From the NCBI RefSeq assembly GCF_040938485.1, contig NW_027271382.1:1305081-1366000 (forward strand): a DNA stretch of 60,920 nt, given 5' to 3'. This DNA comes from Diadema antillarum. Lineage: Eukaryota. This document shows, in pieces, positions 51,546-60,920 of the stretch (the stretch's first letter is position 1; each line of letters starts with the position of its first letter). The notes beneath the pieces are model-generated. The model was not told the DNA's origin. It worked only from the letters and a program-made list of their open reading frames with translations, and ran no database searches. Position numbers and translations under genes: made by a program.

Positions 51546-51761
51546 TTAAGATTAGGGTTTGGGTTTGGTTTAGGGTTAGGGTCTTGGGTAATTGTCCAAG
51601 AATGTATACATACATTTGTGTATATCACCAAAAATAAAACAAACAAATTTCACGCTGTATTCACCAAGTTTATTTCGGCACACAGATTTTCGAGTGATTC
51701 GCACTTTCTCAGGTGTTGGTACTAAGAACTTTGTTTCAGTTTCGTTTTTGATATTATAACA

Positions 51762-51976
51762 NNNNNNNNNNNNNNNNNNNNNNNNNNNNNNNNNNNNNNN
51801 NNNNNNNNNNNNNNNNNNNNNNNNNNNNNNNNNNNNNNNNNNNNNNNNNNNNNNNNNNNNNNNNNNNNNNNNNNNNNNNNNNNNNNNNNNNNNNNNNNNN
51901 NNNNNNNNNNNNNNNNNNNNNNNNNNNNNNNNNNNNNNNNNNNNNNNNNNNNNNNNNNNNNNNNNNNNNNNNNNNN
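51762..51976. other. Assembly gap (N run)
   Basis: Run of n. Confidence 0.99.
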
Positions 51977-54900
51977 TTTATCATTTGTTTCAGGTCAGTT
52001 TTCTTTTTGTTTTCATTATATCTATCTATCTATACACATGTGTATACGTTGGTGTCTGTGTCATGAATGGCATCTGTATCCCCCATAATAAAGGGATTGT
52101 ATAGTATTGGTGGATATGAGAATTGGGCTTTTAACTTTTTGTGAGATACCAAGAAACCACTTAGGAAAATAGTACAGAGCATACCATTTAAGAGGAATTC
52201 AAAGTTTATCAGATGAAAATTGGTTTTGGTATCGCTGAGACATCCAAAAACAAAGTAAAACAAAGTGACCCGCTTTCTATTAGGAATGCTTTTTTTGGAT
52301 ACCTCAGCCATTTTAAAACCAATTTTCATCAAATAAATGTTGAATCCCTCTTGGAATTACATGCTCTTTCATATTTCATGAAAGGTTTCTCATTATCTCA
52401 CCAAAAAATATTAGAAACCTGAAGTTAGGTCTCAACCAAAACTATACGCTCCCTCTAAGAGTTTGCACAGTGAAGCATTTCCAATAAGCAACGTCCAGAA
52501 TATAGGCACACCTTTGCTCTCTCATACAACATACAGAAGCAAATACATGTACTCACTTACACACACAAGCTGTGCAAGTTCTGCCTTAACTCACTCGGTC
52601 CAGTTCAAAACATGTGTACAGACAATGTTGATAGCATTTAAGATGGAGGTCATGGAAAGTTAATAGGAGGCTCTAGCACTGATTCCACTCCATATACACT
52701 GTGCACTCACAGCTTCACTTTCACATCTTTTTTTTTTGATGTTCCCCCTTATCTTCTCAAAACCATATTTCAACAAGGATTAATGACTCTGATGCACAGC
52801 ATGTTTCAATGTCATATCCGATTTAATTTGCATACGAGTCAACAACAAAATGCACCGACACATATACAAAGCTCAGAAAAGTGCAGGAATTTTTTTTGCC
52901 AAGCCTATGAAGCCTTCAAGAAAGAAAAAAAAAAAGATTTAATGGAGTACTGGCACAGAAAATCATTCCACTAAAAATCTGCATATTTGTGGTTCCAATT
53001 TTTCTGTAGCTTTTAAAATACTCTAATCTTATTTTCTATTTTTAAATTTGACATTTGTGAGAAAAGCAAGGGATAGTTTTGAGTGAATTTATGGATAAGT
53101 CAAGGGAGCAGAAACCTTGATAACGACGACCATGTTGGCAATATCTTTGAGGAAACTTAATTTACCATGAATTTGACTGATGCAAATGAGAAATTTCCAC
53201 TCAACCAATCGTAGGGGCAACATTTTCTTCCACTTGCTTTATTTTACTGCTTGCCTTGTGCATTCAGTTCTCATCTAGCACACACTAAAATTGTGAAATC
53301 TGAACTCCCAAAGACAAAACAACTACGAACAGGAGGGAAAAATAAAACCTAAAATTTGGCTTCAAATTCAAATTACATGCCCCCCCCCCCTTTTTTTTAA
53401 ACCCTTTGGGTGTAGTTTAGACTGATCTTTCAATGCCCATACAAATACAGTATGGAAAAACCAAGGACTGCCCCCCCCCCCCCCCCCCCATCCAATACAC
53501 AGGAACCAGATGTACAATTTCTATTGGATATCACAATTTTGTTGTTGACTTTCTTCGCGGAATGCGGAATTTGGTAATAAAGCCAAAACCAAGCTCAATG
53601 TCACCAGTAGTGTCTGCTGCCAAATGCCATCCAGCAGACCATCGCGTTTATGAACTCTCAACACATCTATTCCTCTGCAATGCTGACAGAAAGCCTCCCA
53701 TCGAAATGGTGCCGATACAGAAGTATCGTCCCTACGAGACGAAGTGTTTCCGTCATCCCTGCTCTTCTGCTGCACAGATTCTCCAGTTTCTGTATAAACA
53801 GTGCATGGAAAATACACACAAGTTTTTTTTATCATTGCTATTTCTGGAGGACTTTGAGTAAAAAAAGTCAATGCATATACTGTATATATATACTTCATGG
53901 GAGTAAAACTCTGCACATACTGTGGCTACATTGATCCATCTTCAATCCATTGTGTCACTGTCTCTACATTAAGCATCATCAAATACAGGTGTATGTGAAA
54001 GAGAAGTCAAACTTTGACGCGTCCTGAAAATGTACATACAGTGGTGCACACCTGAATTAATTTCAACACTAAAACAATAATGCAAGGGAGTTAAAGAGTT
54101 AATGCATTGCTGCAGATCAACTTGTCCATCTTTCTAGTTTAAAAAAATAAATAAAATATAGGATACATTTAGTTTGAGGTGTATTGAGTGCGAAATTTTG
54201 TTTGGTAACAAGAAAGTCCTATACCTTTGCCACTACACGGTGTTCATGCGTATTTTTTTTTTAGGATACGCACACAACTGTGTTGCTCTGGTGGAAGTAA
54301 AAAATTGATAACTCTCCCTTGTGAATTGAAGAGGAAGCATGGATTTCTTACTTTCCTCCACAGACAATTCTTAAATCCTTTGTGTGCTTGGAGTGCGTAT
54401 TGGCACAAAAATCTCATTGCACTGTACACACCGTCTAAAGTCCCTCGACAGAACAGATTGATGATGTGCAAATATATTGGATACATGTACAGCATTACAC
54501 CAAACCCGATACAGCTGTCAGCTGTTACCGCACATCACAAAACTCACCCCTTGTAGCAGGTTGTGCCAAATGTCATCACGGTAGAGGCCAATATCAAGGC
54601 ATCTCTTCAGAGCCAACCACTATCAGCAGGGTATCCTCTGGGCTGGAATAAGATTCAAAAAGACAGAAAGGAAAGTGTTACGTGGGTCTCACATCCAAAG
54701 CTGAATCACGGACACCACCACACTTCCCAAATCCTTCTTTATACAGTACTATACAGCGCACTCCCCGATACAACAAACTTCCTTATGAAACAAAATTTTG
54801 TTACAACACAGTAAAAATTCAGGGCGCAGAACTATTATCACCATCATCTGCCCGGTAAAATTCCTTTCGGTGGTAACAAAATTTTGATATAATGAAAGAA

Positions 54901-55776
54901 AACTGCCAGTCCTGAAGACTTCACAATACTGAGAGTAACCTGTACTTACAAATCCCATGCACTTCTCAACAAATTTCTGTACAGCGTTTTCCTCTTCTAC
55001 GTGTACGTGTACTCATCATTGGCAAAACAACAAGTGGCATGGGGATGACCACCAGGGATGCCACGTTCAAAAAATTTTATGAGTGAGATTTTCATGACTC
55101 GGCATCTCGGCATGCAAATGTGCGCGCGAGTGAGGGTGTGGGAGGGGTTTTTCCCCCCTGTGGCCTCCCATGGTAGGGAGCTTTTTCAATTTTTAGCTCT
55201 TAATGGTGCGATCAGGTGCATACTTAAGTGATTATTTTTTACTTATTTTGAAAGACAAAAGGGAAGTATACCTTCAATTGCAACTATCACTTTCATCTTG
55301 TGAGCTATGCTCATTATTATAGGCCCAAGTTGCAGACTTCGCCCGATGCGTGAGAAAAATGGGTGCCATGCGTGAGATCGTGAGATGGCCCCTAAATGCT
55401 CGAGTCTCACGCAGAATGCGCGAGACTTGGTAGCTCTGGAACACAATGTTATGTGCATTCACAAGGAATAGTCCAATTAGGGTTATGCAGGGTTATGTCT
55501 GCTCTACTGTCAACCAACTGTAGAGTTGCACAAGAATCGCTGGTGCTTTTACAGGAACCACTCAGGTCAACTTTGCTGAAATACGTTGTATTGCGACTAT
55601 GAAATTCATTTTCACGATGCATGACAGAATGCAGCATTTGTAGTTGTTGGCCCTACCCCCCCCCCCCAAAAAAAAAATCAAAGAAAAAAAAATTCACTTC
55701 TTGATAGAACTGGTATAATTTTCACTAGTGCTGTCATTTCCATTCATCATATTAACGACCTGGATACTGTACTATA

Positions 55777-56678
55777 CAGTCAACCTTGCTTAACCCTAAA
55801 AGGGCGGAATCCGCCCCCCTCGACGTTTCGTGCTATAATTCTCGTCACGAGGCTTCTTGACTTTGTTTGTTCAAGTGTCGCGCAACTTTTGAGACCAAAT
55901 TTGCAACGTCCGCGTATACTTTTGCGAAACCACGCCCATTTTTGTAACAGAATGTTGCCCCAAAACGGGCACAATTTTGTGATTTTGTGTACATTTCCTA
56001 TGGAAAACAGTGCTCTGTCAAGAAAGTCATAAAAACTTGATTATTTTTACAATTAATCACTTTCATTGATTAGTTTTGGGGTAATTATGGTAGAAAAGTG
56101 GTCAGTGACAATTTCCAATGAAAAAACAAAGAAAAAACAAAACTTGAAAAACAAAGAAATACATAAGAAATTCTGAAAATAAACTACATAAGAATTGAAA
56201 TGAGTTTTGGAAGTTTTTGTGATGTACAATTGTTGAATATGCTAAAACAGATTTACAGATCAAAAATTAGACTCTCAATGCTTTTAATTTGGCTAAAATA
56301 TGATCTTGAGCTTAATTTGCATAACTAATTAATTAAAATTAGAAATTGATTGTTTCAAAAAATCTTATGACGCCATCTTGTAGATTATGACGCAAGTCTC
56401 ACGCATGCGAAATTTCATCGCGATTGCACCACCGATGGCCAAGACCTCAGGGGGGGCAGAATCCATCCCCCCCCCCGTTCTGAGCATAGCCAAAAAAGCC
56501 CGCCCCCTTTAGGGTTAAGCCGACCTCCCATTACGTCAAATAATTGCCCAAGTCGAAGGTCTTTTTAAGTCCTCTTCTCTTTATATTCTATTGATCTTAA
56601 TCCCTCTTAAGTCAAATTTTCTCTATGTCAAAGCTATTTCTTCAATCCAAATAGATTTGACCTAGGCAAGGTTGACTG
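55777..56678. mobile_element. TA-flanked MITE (TIR CAGTCAACCTTGC) hosting the piggyBac-type copy 3
   Basis: ta|cagtcaaccttgcttaa...cctaggcaaggttgactg|ta. Confidence 0.8.
55794..56514. mobile_element. piggyBac-type non-autonomous element, copy 3 (related subfamily), nested in a TA MITE
   Basis: TTAA|CCCTAAAAGGGCGG...CCCGCCCCCTTTAGGG|TTAA; internal similarity to copy 2. Confidence 0.85.
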
Positions 56679-57004
56679 TACTTTTTTTTCATTCAACAGT
56701 TGTACACTCATACACACACACACACACACAGACACACAGAGCAAAGGACTGACAATCTCACCGAATATGATGAGCATCCAGAGCAGACATCTTCCATCAT
56801 TGCCAAGAAATGCCGAACTATTCACCTTCCAAGAGTTTGCTGAAGGGTGGTGGGAAATGTAGTAGGTAAAATCAGTTCACGGAACCTTTCAACTTCAAGT
56901 ATTTCACATATATTTGTATTACAAGTTTGAACAAATGAGCCATGCCTAATGTCCAAAAAAAAAAAAAAAAAAAAAATGATAAGAGAGAATCCAGGAATGC
57001 ATTA

Positions 57005-57203
57005 CTGTAAAACCCAAAATATTCACTGCATGAAACTTTCACAAATTGCTGACAATGATGGGTGCCCAGCATTGTACATGTACTGGCATTCATTGCATTG
57101 GGTAGACAAAAGGTGTGCATTCTACTTTTGGAAATCTCGACTTTCTTGAAATCTTGAAATTATGGAAAGTTTCATGCTTGCGCGAAAATTTCCAGTTTTA
57201 CAG
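57005..57203. mobile_element. TA-flanked MITE (TIR CTGTAAAAC), related family
   Basis: ta|ctgtaaaac...gttttacag|ta. Confidence 0.78.
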
Positions 57204-59627
57204 TATTATAAAAGGAAATGACTCTTACATGGTGCAATTTTTTGGTGAACATGAGGTAATGATTAAATTAGTGAATATGTATAGTTACATTTTTATATGT
57301 CTCACTCTATATGTCTACTAACTTAAAATAAAAACTGCACACAAAATATTTATATATATATCTCGATATACCTCACGAGACAAAAACATCTACAACAGTA
57401 CCAGTATGTCCCCATACCCTACTTGCCACTAACCTTGTTCGAATCTACCTGAGCCTGGCTTAGGTTAGAAACTCACGGTGATCCAACGATGACTAGGAAT
57501 AGATTCTCTCATTCTCTTCCTTATCTACTCCTGGAAATATATTTCTGACTGGACGGACGAGTCTTTCGATTTAATTAAGCTAGCTGGCTGGAAAAGGCAG
57601 ATAAATCTACAAACAAAGGTAACCTGAATAAAAAAATTACAGAACTGGGCACTACTAAGAAAATAACACACAGCCAACAATTGCAGTACAACGCAAAGGC
57701 TTGTCATCATCACTCACAACGCACAAATAGCATTTTACCAACCAAAAAACCAAAAAAACCCTCACAATTATCATGTCAGAAAAGCATCCCACACACCACA
57801 CTTCACACTATGGCCTCTCACAGAAGCCCTCGCACGTCTACCCAAATGCAATCCCAAAATAGGAAGGAAACACTAAGCTACGTTCACCCTTTAACCGACA
57901 TTAATCACATCTTAATTTATTATTACTTCGTTTCGCTAATCTTGTGTTCAAAATAGAAGAAGGCGGAAAACGGAATTGAGAGATAACATCACGACTGACT
58001 CCAATTTAACTTTTCATGGGATTAACCCCAAAGTTGAATAGCAAACAACTACATCTTGTATTGCATATGAAGATAGTAACACCTGAAAAATAATTTCTTT
58101 AAGTGTACATTACCACTGCGACTGATCTATACTTACATTACAAATTCCAATATGGTAAATTAGTTTATAGGAAAATGACAAAGCAGCAAACCAAAAGAAA
58201 TGTTTCTGACAGGAGGGAAGGTTTACCAAACATCAAAATGTACCAAAAAAAAATCTACAAAAAGTTGTGTCTTATCATAAAATTGTTACTTCATAGTCAG
58301 TTTAAAGTTACCATTGGTATGTGGCTATCGAAGACCACATGGAAATATTAAACTGTGCAACCAGACCTGATACTTGGCACACAATTATATCTTTAGGTAA
58401 TCATGACTGTACAATTTAAGCATCTTATAGCATTATGAATGAGTAGCTTTGTACTTCGGAAATAAGGATTATCTAATCCATGACTTGTTCTATGCTTTGT
58501 TTGATCTATGACTTGATGAAAGCATGGCAAAGGAAAATAATGCCTCCAGCATTCTTCGGGTGGAGGCTTGGGTAGTTATCATTACTGTCAGGACAGATTA
58601 GTTGACCAAGAATTACAACCCATACTACAAGCAATGATGACATTTCCCCCAAGACATCTCAGTCACATCGCACCACATCAGCACCAAACACTCAAAGTGG
58701 GGAAAATACTCGCAAAGTAACCATTAACCATAAAATATGGAGGAAGGATGCCTCCAGACATTAGTGGGGGAAAAAAAAAAATCACTTAACTGAAGAAATA
58801 GTAAACTAGAATGCTTCCTGTTGTGTTCATTTTTACAAACATTTAATATACACAAAAAGGTTACAAGTTAAAACTGTGACACAATGATTTAAAATTCAAG
58901 TCTGGCGTATCATGATCTTTTACATATTTGGCATAAAGGGTCAGGTTCATTTCTGATAAAAAAATAGTTCATTCCACGAGCTCCGATCAATCAAAATCCT
59001 GATGAACAAACATCCTATATGTTCAAAGCCTGGCACTGCCCGAAAGATATCCTGCTCACCAGAGATGATTTCTACTTACTCATTTGTGATTACAAAATGA
59101 ATACATTCATGAGGGAGTAGAATTGCAAAAATGTGATGTACAAAGATGTTACCTACTCTGCACTCTATTGGAACTCCGAGAGAAAATTTGTGAAATAAGT
59201 AATTGGTATTTGTATTAGCTGTAGATATTCATATGTTGGATAACCAATAAATCACCACAAATAGAATAACAACCAGCACTAACTCATGAGTAAATCCATT
59301 TTCACAAGCCGACGGACATTAAACAAAAAAAAACGTTGCCTTACAGGTACGATTAAACTACACAAGGTACACTGTACAATTTGTTGTAGCACAGCACAAA
59401 GGGAAATTGTGCATATCCAAACACAATCACTCAAATTCCTGGACGCCTATTTAGCATGAGTTCAAGTCCGCCTCCTTGATCTGGTGGTAAGGTCTGCGTC
59501 TGACAATACTTGAATAAACTTGCGTGGTCTCTTAAGATGCCGTGCTACCTCCAGTGGAGACCCCTAACAGGGATAACGCCGTGACCAATATCATACCCCA
59601 AAAACTTCCTTAGCTCTGCCCCCAGGT

Positions 59628-60920
59628 CCTTCCTCTCTCTTTCTCTCGTTGGTTAAGAACAGCGCTCTAATCACGGATTTCACCTTATCCTAGACTCCAG
59701 TACCCTCCTTGTCGTTTATCTGTGCTCCTGCATAAACTGTTCTCTGGCGAGGTAAGTGTGGCCCTTCATGCCTACACTAACTGGGAGCTTAACAAAAAAA
59801 AAAACTCTTGGGGTATAATATCTTGCTCTGTCCTCTCTAGCTGAAGAATCCTTTTCCTTTCCTCTCGCTGGCTACCATATTAACTTTCTGCCTGTGATGA
59901 ATAGTAAACCATAGAACACTAATCGTAACTGATAAGTTGCCTGACAGACGAATGCTTTAACGTTACACAAAAACACAGCGTACCATGCATGTTAGAGTTG
60001 AAGGGAGAGGGGAAAAAGGGAAACAGAAGCCAAGACCAACAAAATGGAGCGGGGCTGGGAAAGAGAATGAGGTCTGGGCATAGATTTGGATGAGGAAACT
60101 TGGAAAGGGTGGTAGAAAACATGTTCCAAAATATATGTGCAAAGTTGATTCTTAACTTACAAATCATAGAATCTAACTATACATAGTAAGGCAAAAAAAA
60201 AAAAAAAAAAAAAATCAAACTAATAATAAATGTAAGGAAGCATGTTAATGTTACGAGAAGATAAGTTCCGCCTACTCAGTTTCATAACCACATACTCAAA
60301 AATTATGAACAATACCGAGATGTCAATATGGGACAAAAATATACAAACTGAGTGAGAGAATATCATATAAACCCAGTTGTTCAACTGTGACTTTTGTCAA
60401 CATTTGCATGAAGCTTTCATTTTATCTTTTGTGATTTTCCTCAGCTTTATTTACTCCCTTTCAGATGTATTACTAGAAAATAAAACGAAGCCTACTACTG
60501 CTCTTCTAAAACGTAAGATTTCCATGACTGGCTGGACCAATTACTTCTTAAACCAATGACGGAGCACTTTATGACAGAATATAAGCCCAAATAATCCCCA
60601 ACGATTTTGAACTTATGCATTCATATATTATACCACTAATCTAGAAGAGGAGTTACAGCTACCATGTGGGAGCAAAAAAGAAATAGTAGTAATAATAAAG
60701 AAATAAAGAAATAAAAATGAATGTATGATGGCTAGGTGCACACTTCAGTAGTACAAGTTTGCTTGGCTTTACCTAGTTTTGGTAAGGGTCAACTACAGTT
60801 TTATAAAATATGTGCTCTTTTCTGAATGATATGAGTGAACGTTTTGATCTCTTTACAGGAGTGAATTGGCAACCGAATTGGCAACCCAATTTGCAACCTT
60901 GTTGGCTGCTGACTGCTATG
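59628..60920 (+). other. Probable 5' UTR exons of a downstream + strand gene (~59628-59751, 60465-60512, 60859 to window end)
   Basis: CCAAT at 59585, pyrimidine-rich start, gag|gtaagt donor; tttcag/gtaaga exon; tttacag acceptor; ATG at 60918-60920. Product not identifiable. Confidence 0.45.

Larger units (their letters stand above)
53667..57606 (-). ncRNA. Candidate spliced minus-strand transcript without an uninterrupted ORF (lncRNA or pseudogene)
   Basis: Candidate exons 57606-57477, 56839-56762, 54996-54950, 54642-54548, 54434-54352 and 53789 onward; donors gtgagt/gtgaga/gtaagt/gtgagt/gtaaga; strongest acceptors at 56839 and 54642. Confidence 0.5.

Noticed and set aside
53800-57470. snoRNA host-gene explanation for the orphan transcript
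   Set aside because: C-box-like TGATGA hits (near 53975, 55015, 55748 on -) lack a correctly spaced CTGA D box. H/ACA RNAs were not assessable by eye; snoscan/snoReport would settle it.
59562-59580. cagggataac resembling an I-SceI site or mitochondrial 16S motif
   Set aside because: Only ~9 nt match and no flanking similarity.

Overview
Eukaryotic (animal) genomic DNA, AT-rich and intron-rich, with three N gaps. The repeat landscape suggests a marine invertebrate deuterostome, probably an echinoderm (inference). All exon joins below were made by hand and no database searches were run. The window contains: (1) the last 15 coding exons of a WDR60/DYNC2I1 dynein-2 intermediate chain gene on + (38-18172, 5'-partial), with a candidate in-frame 30-nt cassette microexon at 3578-3607; (2) a complete, convergently oriented UBE2Z/USE1 E2 gene on - (7 coding exons, 38702/38729 to 26979), with a probable non-coding first exon carrying a strong-context uORF; (3) a decayed L2/Crack-type LINE (~45170-50352) split by a younger, antisense, 5'-truncated CR1-type LINE (46677-48449), whose removal restores the host reading frame; (4) many non-autonomous DNA elements (TTAA piggyBac-type, TA Tc1/mariner-type, a TTA Harbinger-type, a Helentron-like element with a 152-bp tandem array), several of them nested; (5) a candidate six-exon minus-strand transcript with no clean ORF (57606 to ~53220), and the probable 5' UTR exons of another + strand gene at the right edge, possibly sharing a divergent promoter near 59600. 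Most short ORFs in the supplied track are noise.
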